Below are positions 16,749-25,577 of a DNA stretch of 64,000 bases, piece after piece. Source of the stretch: an uncultured Chlorobiaceae bacterium. Lineage in GTDB: Bacteria > Bacteroidota > Ignavibacteria > UBA10030 > SZUA-254. Location: positions 10,481 through 74,480 of the forward strand of contig CAYYIJ010000002.1 of NCBI GenBank assembly GCA_964471945.1, in the 5' to 3' direction. The notes under the pieces are model-generated. The model was not told the origin of the DNA and searched no databases. It saw nothing but the letters and a program-made list of their open reading frames with translations. The stretch's first letter is position 1. Every line of letters begins with the position of its first letter. Both the position numbers and the translations under genes were made by a program.

Positions 16749-17234
16749 ATGACCAATGACAAATTACAAGGCAAAGTAGTTGCTCTCAGTATCAGTGAGC
16801 AGGGGGGTGTTCCAAAAACAAATGTTCAATCAGTTAGATTGATTGAGAATTGGGGCATTGAAGGAGATGCTCACGCGGGAAATCAACATAGGCAAATAAG
16901 TTTGCTTGCAATCGAGAGTATCAGGAAAATGCAAGCCAAAGGACTGGGGGTTCGACCAGGCAATTTTGCAGAAAATGTTACAACCGAATTTCTTAATCTT
17001 CTTGAATTCGAAGTTGGAGACCGACTCATCATCGGCGATGCAGAGCTTGAAATAACTCAAATCGGGAAAGAATGCCACAGCCGATGTGCAATTTATTACA
17101 GTGCAGGTGATTGCGTGATGCCTCGTGAAGGAATATTTGCACGAGTGTTAAAGAGTGGCAAAGTTAGGGCGGGTGATTCAATTAAAGTGAAAAATTTTAA
17201 AGCCATTGAATTATTAAAAAAGAAGAGTACTTGA
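16749..17234 (+). CDS. MOSC domain-containing protein (YiiM-like).
   Basis: A 161-aa MOSC beta-barrel fold with conserved Cys (GKECHSRC). Confidence 0.7.
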   Translation: MTNDKLQGKVVALSISEQGGVPKTNVQSVRLIENWGIEGDAHAGNQHRQISLLAIESIRKMQAKGLGVRPGNFAENVTTEFLNLLEFEVGDRLIIGDAELEITQIGKECHSRCAIYYSAGDCVMPREGIFARVLKSGKVRAGDSIKVKNFKAIELLKKKST

Positions 17235-17819
17235 GTGTTGGAATTAAGGGATGATATTATTGCTGGAGGTAAAAGTGAACGGATGGGACGCGGCAAAGCT
17301 CTTCTCGATTATCATGGTAAACCCTTTGTTCAACATATTGCAGAAAAACTACAAGGAGTTTTCAAAAAAGTAATCATCATTTCTGATAAAGGAGAACAAC
17401 ACAAATTTTTACGTTTACCGATCTATGAAGATATTTATAAAGAATGCGGTCCCCTCGGTGGCATTCACTCAGCATTCATTAATACGGATACAAAAAATAT
17501 TTTTGTCACATCGGTTGACTTACCATTAATAGAAACAAACATGATTCAATTTCTTCTTGATCAAATAAGCGATGCCGATGTAATCCTATTCTCGACAGAT
17601 GATCGGGTGCAGCAGTTGTTCGGATTATACGGGCAGACGTGTATGGAAACTCTACCAAACCATATTCAGCGAAATCAATATTGTGTTCGGGGGTTAATTG
17701 AACAGCTTAATTCAAAAATGTTACCAGCAGAAACTTGTTTGGGAATCAATCGGATCAATTCATTGGCCAATATAAATACAACGACCGATTACATTGAGAT
17801 TTACAATCATTTCGCTTAA
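17235..17819 (+). CDS. mobA: Molybdenum cofactor guanylyltransferase MobA.
   Basis: N-terminal nucleotide-binding motif IIAGGKSERMG..K; GTG start overlapping the upstream stop. Confidence 0.8.
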   Translation: MLELRDDIIAGGKSERMGRGKALLDYHGKPFVQHIAEKLQGVFKKVIIISDKGEQHKFLRLPIYEDIYKECGPLGGIHSAFINTDTKNIFVTSVDLPLIETNMIQFLLDQISDADVILFSTDDRVQQLFGLYGQTCMETLPNHIQRNQYCVRGLIEQLNSKMLPAETCLGINRINSLANINTTTDYIEIYNHFA

Positions 17820-17901
17820 AATCTCCAAAATTTAATATTTTTCAAAGTGTGTGATATAACCCAACATTTAATTACAGATTTTTGTATATTAATATAGTAT
17901 T

Positions 17902-19401
17902 ATGAGAAAAATAATCGGAAGAATATTCCTTTCATTACGAATAAAAATAGCGATGTCGGTAAGTATCGTTTTTCTGTTCGCAGGCGGCTTATTTATGTAT
18001 TTTGCCCATCAGACCGGATATACGATGCTCGAAAAACAAGCTCAAGCAAAGGGCCATGGTGTCATAGAATTCGGTAAGGCAATTCTTGAATATATTATGC
18101 TATCCGGGAAAAACGATCAACTACAAAATGCACTCCAACGGGCAGTTTGGTCGGGCGAGGCAAAGGATGTCTTAATTTTAGATGACAATGGCATCATTTT
18201 GATGAAAGCCAACGGACGGCAATACAAAGATCGTATTCCGATTGAGCAGTTTAAAAAAGTTTCTAAGTTCCCGGATGATCTATTCATGTCAATCAATGAA
18301 CATGATTCTCTTTATGAGTTTGTAATCTCCCCCATTCTCAAAAAGCCTGAATGTTATGACTGTCATACTGAAAGAGACAAGACTAAAGGATACATTGCAG
18401 CGAAGATTTCAATGAGTGATATTCGTTCTGCATCAGTTGAACACAGAACAATGAATATATTTATGACAGTCGTTACTTTTTTGGGTATTGGCGGGATATT
18501 ATTTATCGCTCTGCTTTACTTGGTTGTTCGTCCTATCCATAAATTACGGAATCAGATAACGAAGAGTGAGCACCAAATTGATCAACTTGAACATGGTGAG
18601 CAAATAGAATTTACTGAGCTGGAGGTACCCAGCCAAGAGGATGAAATTACTGATTTGATGAAAGCTTTCAATAAACTCATCAAACGACTTAACGAAGGGA
18701 ACAAAAAACTTCATGAGTTACATCAAGGACAGCTCGAACAAGCAGATCGATTGGCAACTACAGGTGAAATGGCGGCAAGCATAGCCCATGAGATTAAAAA
18801 TCCTATTGCTGGCGTGTTAGGAGTGCTTCAAGTATTTGATGGCGACATACCGAAGGATGACGCCCGTAAAGACATCATCACCGAAATGATGGTACAACTT
18901 GAAAGAGTTAATCAAGCTGTAAACGATTTATTAAGTTACGCACGCCCAACGCCCCCAACCTTTGAGGCAGTTCTTTTAAACGACTTAATTCAAAAAACCG
19001 TATCATTGCTTTCTCAACAGACCAAAAAGAAACACATTTCTATTGATACATCTTTCGACGATGAATCAATTGTAATATCGGCTGATCGAAAACAAATCCA
19101 ACAGGTTCTCTGGAACATCATGCTGAACTCCATTCAAGCTATCGATATGATTGGAAAACTTTCCGTGTCTATCACTCAATCAAATTCTTCTGTCGAGATT
19201 CGAATTATTGATTCAGGAAAAGGTATTCCCCAGAAACAGCTATCGGATGTTTTTAAACCATTCTTCACAACAAAACATAAAGGTACTGGTTTAGGAATGA
19301 CGATATCTAAACGAATTATCGAACAGCATGGTGGTTCAATTAATCTTGAGAGTACGGTTGGGAAAGGCACTATCGTAACTATTCATTTACCAAAAAATTG
19401 A
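17902..19401 (+). CDS. Sensor histidine kinase with a periplasmic c-type heme-binding (CxxCH) domain.
   Basis: Two TM segments flank a ~160-aa periplasmic domain containing CYDCH; HisKA H-box SIAHEIKNP; HATPase_c N/G boxes. Confidence 0.8.
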   Translation: MRKIIGRIFLSLRIKIAMSVSIVFLFAGGLFMYFAHQTGYTMLEKQAQAKGHGVIEFGKAILEYIMLSGKNDQLQNALQRAVWSGEAKDVLILDDNGIILMKANGRQYKDRIPIEQFKKVSKFPDDLFMSINEHDSLYEFVISPILKKPECYDCHTERDKTKGYIAAKISMSDIRSASVEHRTMNIFMTVVTFLGIGGILFIALLYLVVRPIHKLRNQITKSEHQIDQLEHGEQIEFTELEVPSQEDEITDLMKAFNKLIKRLNEGNKKLHELHQGQLEQADRLATTGEMAASIAHEIKNPIAGVLGVLQVFDGDIPKDDARKDIITEMMVQLERVNQAVNDLLSYARPTPPTFEAVLLNDLIQKTVSLLSQQTKKKHISIDTSFDDESIVISADRKQIQQVLWNIMLNSIQAIDMIGKLSVSITQSNSSVEIRIIDSGKGIPQKQLSDVFKPFFTTKHKGTGLGMTISKRIIEQHGGSINLESTVGKGTIVTIHLPKN

Positions 19402-19404
19402 TAT

Positions 19405-20778
19405 ATGAGTTGTAAAACGATTCTTATTGTTGATGATGAAAAATTGATTCGTTGGTCCTTGGTTCAGGAGCTTACAAAATTAGGTTTCAAAACAATCGAG
19501 TCGGAATCTCTACGGCATGCCCGATCAATAATTGACAGCGAAGAAGCCGACTTAATTCTTCTCGATCAAATGCTGCCCGATGGAACAGGTATTGATTTAC
19601 TTACTGAGTTAAAAAAAGATGGCATACTTATCCCCGTTATAATGCTCACTGCAGTCGATAAATCAAATACTGCAGTACAGGCAATGAAATTAGGCGCGTT
19701 TGATTACATAACAAAACCAGTGGATTTTGAAATATTAAAAATATTAATTGAGAAAGCATGTGAATCAAGCCGATTAAAGCGACAAGTAGTCCAATTTTTA
19801 AAAGATCAACAAAGTACTTGTGGTTTTTACGGGTTGTTAGGGACATCAGCTCCAATGAAAAATGTTTGCGAACAAATTGCAAAGATCGCATCGAGCAGTA
19901 TTACGACGGTTTTAATAACAGGTGAAAGCGGGACTGGAAAAGAATTAGCGGCTAAAGCTATTCATTTTCTTAGTGAAAGGAAAGATAAACCACTCATCAC
20001 TGTAAACTTCTCGGCTCTCACGGAAACATTGGCTGAAAGCGAACTCTTCGGTCACGAGAAGGGTGCCTTTACTGATGCTCGACAGCAAAAGAAGGGAATG
20101 TTTGAGCTTGCCGACGGTGGAACAATATTTTTAGATGAAATCGGCGACACATCTCCAAAAATACAAGTAAAATTACTTAGAGTTTTAGAACAAAAAACTT
20201 TCCAAAGGGTTGGTGGAACTTCCGATATTACAGTTGACGTGAGAATTATTGCAGCAACAAACCGACATTTGGAAAAGCTAATAAAGGAAGAGAAATTCCG
20301 AGCAGACCTTTTTTATCGGCTCAATGTCGTAAATTTGCATCTACCTCCACTGAGAGAACGAAAAGAGGATATTATTCAATTAGCAGAATACTTTCTGCAT
20401 GAATTTAACAAAACATTTCATAAAAATTTTAAAGGACTTTCCGAGGAAACAAAGAAGTTATTCATACAGCATGGTTGGCCCGGAAATGTTCGCGAGTTGC
20501 GCAATGTAGTTGAGCGTGCTGTTCTTATGGATGAAGGCGATTATATCTTCTCGCATTCTGTCGAGTTGGGACACCTCCATACTTTAGGTCATGAAAGCCA
20601 CCCGGCACCTATTACTCTCGGTCAAGAAGGACAATCGCTTACAGAGATTGAAAAACAAGTCCTCCTTCAGGCATTAGAAAAAACAAATCATAATCAATCG
20701 CAAGCTGCAAAGTTATTGAAGATAAGTCGCGATACACTACGTTATCGCATGAAAAAATATGGGATGTTCGATCGGTGA
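19405..20778 (+). CDS. Sigma-54-dependent response regulator (NtrC family: REC + AAA+ + Fis-type HTH).
   Basis: REC domain Asp pocket, Walker [15 protein letters not shown]-like loop (EKGAFTDA), and a C-terminal HTH. Confidence 0.85.
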   Translation: MSCKTILIVDDEKLIRWSLVQELTKLGFKTIESESLRHARSIIDSEEADLILLDQMLPDGTGIDLLTELKKDGILIPVIMLTAVDKSNTAVQAMKLGAFDYITKPVDFEILKILIEKACESSRLKRQVVQFLKDQQSTCGFYGLLGTSAPMKNVCEQIAKIASSSITTVLITGESGTGKELAAKAIHFLSERKDKPLITVNFSALTETLAESELFGHEKGAFTDARQQKKGMFELADGGTIFLDEIGDTSPKIQVKLLRVLEQKTFQRVGGTSDITVDVRIIAATNRHLEKLIKEEKFRADLFYRLNVVNLHLPPLRERKEDIIQLAEYFLHEFNKTFHKNFKGLSEETKKLFIQHGWPGNVRELRNVVERAVLMDEGDYIFSHSVELGHLHTLGHESHPAPITLGQEGQSLTEIEKQVLLQALEKTNHNQSQAAKLLKISRDTLRYRMKKYGMFDR

Positions 20779-20925
20779 GGATTTTAACCCATGCAGGGTT
20801 GAGAATTTTAACACAAGGGCATAAATCATTTTATAACCCAAGGCGTAAAACTATCGAAAACAACTCACTTTTTAGCATATAACATTTCATGAAATGTTGG
20901 CATAATTATTGTGCCTTTTGTTTGA

Positions 20926-21357
20926 ATGCTAAATGTTACTGAATTAGATTATTCGTCAAACGTCACATCGAGCGACTTGTTAACCTCAAACAATCAAAAG
21001 GTCAAACAGATTTTGGTGGTTGATGATGAGCCATTAGTTTGTTGGTCTATAAAAAATTGCCTGTCCAAGGCAGGGTATTCCGTCGTAACTGCGGAATCAG
21101 CTGAAAGGGCAATCGAAAAATTGTATACAACATGCTTTGATCTCATTGTTACGGACATGAAATTACCTCAACATGATGGCTTTGATGTTGCCGAAATGGC
21201 ACATAAGCTATCTCCTAAGACGCCAGTCATCATGATTACAGCTTTTGGAGATAGTGTTTCAAGGGAACGGGCACAAAATACAAACATCAGCCGTTTCATT
21301 GATAAACCATTTAATATGAACGAGTTCACAAAACTTGTTTCGAGCCTTCTACATTAA
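20926..21357 (+). CDS. Stand-alone response-regulator receiver (CheY-like) protein.
   Basis: REC domain only (VVDDEP...TDMKLP). Confidence 0.75.
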   Translation: MLNVTELDYSSNVTSSDLLTSNNQKVKQILVVDDEPLVCWSIKNCLSKAGYSVVTAESAERAIEKLYTTCFDLIVTDMKLPQHDGFDVAEMAHKLSPKTPVIMITAFGDSVSRERAQNTNISRFIDKPFNMNEFTKLVSSLLH

Positions 21358-21530
21358 GATTTTATCAAGTACAATCTTTACTTAGTTTCCTCGTTCTAAA
21401 TCTCACTTTTGCGTATCATTCCCCACCTTGTTGGGTTATTTGACCCAAGTCTTAATACCGATGCCGCCTCGTCAAATTTGAATTAACCTAATTTCAGACA
21501 TTTTTAACCACTTTTCAACCTTTTGTTTCT

Positions 21531-21546
21531 TGGCATTAGAAGTGCA
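21531..21546 (+). promoter_or_regulatory. Candidate sigma-54 (-24/-12) promoter TGGCAT-N5-GTGCA upstream of the octaheme cytochrome gene.
   Basis: GG and GC elements spaced exactly 10 nt apart (TTGGCATTAGAAGTGCA); an NtrC-type activator is encoded 1 kb upstream. Confidence 0.4.
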
Positions 21547-21564
21547 TTAATATTATACGATATA

Positions 21565-22800
21565 ATGTTCTCTTTTAAAATGATAAAATCCGCTTTAAAA
21601 ATTTTTATTTTCTGCAGTATCTGTTTAACTGTCTTTCTTGGGCTCGGATCTTCAGACCAGATTACGGTATTGGTTCCGAATTCAACGGATTCACTTGCCT
21701 ATGAAAATAATTCTCTTTTTATCATTTCGGTCGATAAAGAATTTTCCAAAGAATTATTAGTATCAACTCAATGGGAGTCTGAAAGAGTTATCAGCATCAA
21801 CACAAAAGAAACAAAGGAAAATTTTCCGAAAGAATTTTATAAAATATTCCCGCCTCAATCCTCAATACAAACATTAGCTTACTCCTTTGTTTTAAGTTCT
21901 GGTTATACTAAACCCGAAACCCTTTCGTATAAATACTCAGACACTATGACGATTCGAAAGTTCTGGCAATCGACATCGTTTGCAAATTTTATCAAGAGAG
22001 TTACTGAGTTTAACGCACCATCAATTTTGCTAAATATTAAGGGATGGAAAGATTCACTATACACTACAGAGTTTGATGATCCTGGTGATGATTCGCGAAA
22101 GCTATTTAAAATAAACATACCATTAATTTCGGGAAATAATACTATTTATTTTTCTGTAACTGGACATACGGAAAGCAGGGTGGAGTATTTTGTAAACCAT
22201 GTTCGTGAATCATCGTCAACCGAGTCGCGCGATAAACGTTTTCATAATTCTGAACTCGAGCAAACCTGCTCACCGTGCCATGAAGGACTACCAAGTTCGG
22301 CAAGCGGAGACAATATGACAGCTGATTGTTTGTCTTGTCATAAAACCATTTCACATGGAGAAAAAGTCCACGGTCCAGTCGATATGAAAGAATGTTCAAG
22401 TTGTCATTCTTGGTCTAAAGATAAAAATTCCGTTGTTGTTGAAAAAGGCGTACCAGAGGTTTGCTACGACTGTCATACAGAAACAAAATCCGTTGTTGAA
22501 AATTCCGCATTTCCACACGCCGTTGGCAGTGAATGCGTTTCTTGTCATTCTCCTCATAGCTCAAGAGGTTCTAAATTGTTAAAACAAGATGTATTCCGAA
22601 TATGCTCGTCTTGTCATGAAGATTACGTCGTAAATCATCCTGTTGAAAGACACCCTCTTCGATTTACTAAGATTAGTAATAATAAAAATGAAGAAATTTC
22701 CTGTGTTAGTTGTCATAATCCTCACGGTTCAAACAATAAAGCAATGTTGAAAGCTGCCGGCGGGAAAATGGCAATCTGTCTTAATTGCCATAATAAATAA
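21565..22800 (+). CDS. Multiheme c-type cytochrome (about 8 CxxCH motifs) with an N-terminal signal/anchor.
   Basis: Eight CxxCH motifs in the C-terminal half. The ORF starts at 21523, but the sigma-54 promoter candidate lies inside that extension, so an internal Met (21565 or 21580) is more likely. Confidence 0.8.
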   Translation: MFSFKMIKSALKIFIFCSICLTVFLGLGSSDQITVLVPNSTDSLAYENNSLFIISVDKEFSKELLVSTQWESERVISINTKETKENFPKEFYKIFPPQSSIQTLAYSFVLSSGYTKPETLSYKYSDTMTIRKFWQSTSFANFIKRVTEFNAPSILLNIKGWKDSLYTTEFDDPGDDSRKLFKINIPLISGNNTIYFSVTGHTESRVEYFVNHVRESSSTESRDKRFHNSELEQTCSPCHEGLPSSASGDNMTADCLSCHKTISHGEKVHGPVDMKECSSCHSWSKDKNSVVVEKGVPEVCYDCHTETKSVVENSAFPHAVGSECVSCHSPHSSRGSKLLKQDVFRICSSCHEDYVVNHPVERHPLRFTKISNNKNEEISCVSCHNPHGSNNKAMLKAAGGKMAICLNCHNK

Positions 22801-22801
22801 G

Positions 22802-23659
22802 ATGATGCCAAAACTAAAAATATTGATAATGTTTTTGATTCTCCTCAATACAGACCTAAAATCTCAAGATGTGAGCGACATCGGTATCGGTGGCGGCAAT
22901 GGAATAGTGTTAATTCCGGCGTTAACTACTACCCCGCTATCTGAATTTCGTTTTCAGACAAACCACGAATTTTTCACTCATAAAAAACTAAACAGCGTAA
23001 CATCATTAAACCTCACCGCTGGTTTTTCTACCCATCTGGAACTATTTCTTAAAGCGTCCACCGAAGATTGGGCGAACTCAACACCTTTGAGGCGAATAGG
23101 ATATGGCGCCAAGTTTATACTGCCAATAAGCGTTAATATAATTAATCAGCCCGCGATCTGGTTCGAGAGTATTAACGGAGTTAATGACCTTGACAACTCT
23201 CTTTTAAAAAGCAAACTAATTCATACCGCCGCAGTTATCAACCCGGCTATTTTAAATTTCACGCCAACAATCCTGGTAGGAATTACAGCTGCAAATTCAT
23301 CTAATCGATTATTTGTTGGGGCTGGAACTTCGCAAACAATAAGCGAGGAAATTAGGTTGGGCTCTGAGATTTCTTACAACTACTACGGTTCAGGCGATGT
23401 GCGTGGATCTGTCTTAATAAATAAACGTATATTTTCAAATGTAGGGATACAATTTGTGTCAACTTATCTCGCATCATCATCATTGCACACCTGGTCGTTT
23501 TCTCTTGGCTTAGTTCTGTCCACTTCTCAAATAAATTTTAGCCCGCAAGCATTAGAACAGAGTGATAAAAAATTAATACCCGATATTGATGATTTGATTA
23601 AGAGCCTTGAAGATGAAGGCAAAAAAGATGAAACGGAAGAAAATAAAAATGATAAATAA
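22802..23659 (+). CDS. Hypothetical exported protein (signal peptide; possible outer-membrane beta-barrel).
   Basis: Signal peptide, beta-rich composition with alternating hydrophobic residues, and an acidic/Lys-rich tail. Confidence 0.4.
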   Translation: MMPKLKILIMFLILLNTDLKSQDVSDIGIGGGNGIVLIPALTTTPLSEFRFQTNHEFFTHKKLNSVTSLNLTAGFSTHLELFLKASTEDWANSTPLRRIGYGAKFILPISVNIINQPAIWFESINGVNDLDNSLLKSKLIHTAAVINPAILNFTPTILVGITAANSSNRLFVGAGTSQTISEEIRLGSEISYNYYGSGDVRGSVLINKRIFSNVGIQFVSTYLASSSLHTWSFSLGLVLSTSQINFSPQALEQSDKKLIPDIDDLIKSLEDEGKKDETEENKNDK

Positions 23660-24662
23660 ATATATAATAATTACGCTGCAAGTTTTAATTGCTTTTTTGT
23701 TGATGAGCTGCGGCGCATCAAAGGATGCTCAAAAAGTTGAGCTCGTTTGGCCCTTGCCTCCGGATGAGCCTCGTGTAAAATATATTAAAACTTATCAGAG
23801 CGAGGATGAATTCCTCTCTGGATTTGGTAAAGCCGTTCAGATCATAGCTGGCGACAAATCTACTATAGGCTTATCACGACCTTTTGACGTTACAACCGAT
23901 GGAAAAGGTAAAATATTTGTCTCGGATATGGAACAGGGGTTAGTGATGTTCGATGAAGTAGAAAAAAAGGTTATTCCCTTAGGACAAAAAAGTATATATC
24001 CGCTTGGCAGAGTAATTGGAATAGCGTACGGTAATAACAAACTCTTTGTCGGCTCAGTGGAAATCAAGGGAATCGTCGCGCTAACACTCGATGGAGAAGT
24101 AATCCAAACTATCGGAGCTTTAGGACAGTTTCAAAATCCGGTTGATGTAGCTTATGACAAATATTTAAACCGTGTAATCGTTGTAGATAATAAAATACAT
24201 CAAGTGGTTGTATTTTCTGAGCTTGGTGATTCGTTGTTTACTATTGGACAAAGAGGCGAAGGCGATGGTGAATTTAATTTTCCGCAAAGCGCCGCTATTG
24301 ACAAACAAAGTAATATTTATGTTGTGGATGCTTTCAATTATAGAGTCCAAGTTTTTGATAAAGATGGAAAGTTTATTCGCAAGTATGGTCAGCAGGGCGA
24401 TGTTTATGGATTGTTTAGCCGTCCTAAGGGTATTGCTTTAGACAACTATAATAATATCTATGTTGTAGATGCTATACACAACAACTTCCAGATTTTTAAT
24501 AACGACTTCGAACTGCTTATGTTCGTCGGTAGATATGCAGTAGATGATAATAAAGGTTTTATGAATCCTGTTGGTATCGACATAGATGAATCAAACAGGA
24601 TATACGTAGCAGATCAGTTGAATTCGCGCGTACAAGTATTTCAACTGTTAAAAGGTGATTAA
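23649..24662 (+). CDS. NHL-repeat (six-bladed beta-propeller) lipoprotein.
   Basis: Lipobox LLMSC. Six NHL-like repeats (FxxPxGVAxDxxGNIYVVDxxNxRVQVF pattern). I trimmed to the Met that gives a proper signal peptide. Confidence 0.75.
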   Translation: MINKYIIITLQVLIAFLLMSCGASKDAQKVELVWPLPPDEPRVKYIKTYQSEDEFLSGFGKAVQIIAGDKSTIGLSRPFDVTTDGKGKIFVSDMEQGLVMFDEVEKKVIPLGQKSIYPLGRVIGIAYGNNKLFVGSVEIKGIVALTLDGEVIQTIGALGQFQNPVDVAYDKYLNRVIVVDNKIHQVVVFSELGDSLFTIGQRGEGDGEFNFPQSAAIDKQSNIYVVDAFNYRVQVFDKDGKFIRKYGQQGDVYGLFSRPKGIALDNYNNIYVVDAIHNNFQIFNNDFELLMFVGRYAVDDNKGFMNPVGIDIDESNRIYVADQLNSRVQVFQLLKGD

Positions 24663-24743
24663 ATTATTTTCTCATACGCCTCGTGAGAGATTAATTACAA
24701 TTAACGATGAGGCAAATAAGATAACAAATTAAGGAGTAATTTC

Positions 24744-25493
24744 ATGAAAAAAATCCTTTTCTTAACCACACTGATACTTATTGTGTCAACATGGGTTATG
24801 GCACAAACGCAAGGAACTGCGTTTATGGCAGGTGCAAAGCACGATCTAAGAGTAAACTCCGGAAAAGCATCGCAAGATTCGATTGCCGGCGCATCCGATA
24901 GGTTATGCTCATATTGCCATTCACCACACATTCCTGCAGCCGGAATCAAAGACCCACTTTGGGCACGCGCTGCAAAAGGTACGAACAATTGGGGTAAATA
25001 TTCTGGTCAACAATTAGATGCAACGGTTGTTGATCCGTCCGACCCAACCGGTGACCAACATAAGAATGAATCAAATATGTGTATAAGCTGCCACGACGGC
25101 ACTGCTATGTACACATCTGCGTCTTATGTTAAGAGACCACATGTTTCCAGTAACCCAACCTGGACTGGCGGCAGCCCGATTGCTTTCACAGCACGTAAAT
25201 CGAATTATGGAACACGTGGAAGAAATGCAATAGTCGGTGGAACCGATTATGTGGATTTAAGCCACACACATCCTGTTAATTTTGATTATAGTGATGCAGT
25301 AACAGCGGACGGGGGACTTTATGCTTCAGTTAACCCAAAGTATGTTTTCCATGATGGTACACAAAAAATTGGACGTTTGTTTAATGACAAGGTTCAATGT
25401 TCATCCTGTCATAATCCACACAAGAAGGACACAAAAATGCTTCAAGGAGATACCGCTGATGGGAAGCTTTGTGTTGCATGTCATGCAAAGTAA
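24744..25493 (+). CDS. Tetraheme c-type cytochrome, secreted.
   Basis: Signal peptide plus four CxxCH motifs (CSYCH, CISCH, CSSCH, CVACH); SD sequence AAGGAG upstream. Confidence 0.8.
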   Translation: MKKILFLTTLILIVSTWVMAQTQGTAFMAGAKHDLRVNSGKASQDSIAGASDRLCSYCHSPHIPAAGIKDPLWARAAKGTNNWGKYSGQQLDATVVDPSDPTGDQHKNESNMCISCHDGTAMYTSASYVKRPHVSSNPTWTGGSPIAFTARKSNYGTRGRNAIVGGTDYVDLSHTHPVNFDYSDAVTADGGLYASVNPKYVFHDGTQKIGRLFNDKVQCSSCHNPHKKDTKMLQGDTADGKLCVACHAK

Positions 25494-25507
25494 TCTCGGT
25501 TAGTTGT

Positions 25508-25545
25508 GTATAAAATTCTGGGGCTTTTTTAATGCCCCAGAATAT
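25508..25545 (+). terminator. Rho-independent terminator.
   Basis: TTCTGGGGC-ttttttaat-GCCCCAGAA hairpin followed by a T-rich tract. Confidence 0.6.
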
Positions 25546-25577
25546 TTTTACTATTTAATATTATTGGCAAGGGAATT

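Noticed and set aside
20779-20925. Sigma-54 promoter upstream of the orphan receiver gene (TTGGCATAATTATTGTG).
   Set aside because: GG-N10 is followed by GT, not the near-invariant GC of the -12 element. I kept this only as a weak possibility.
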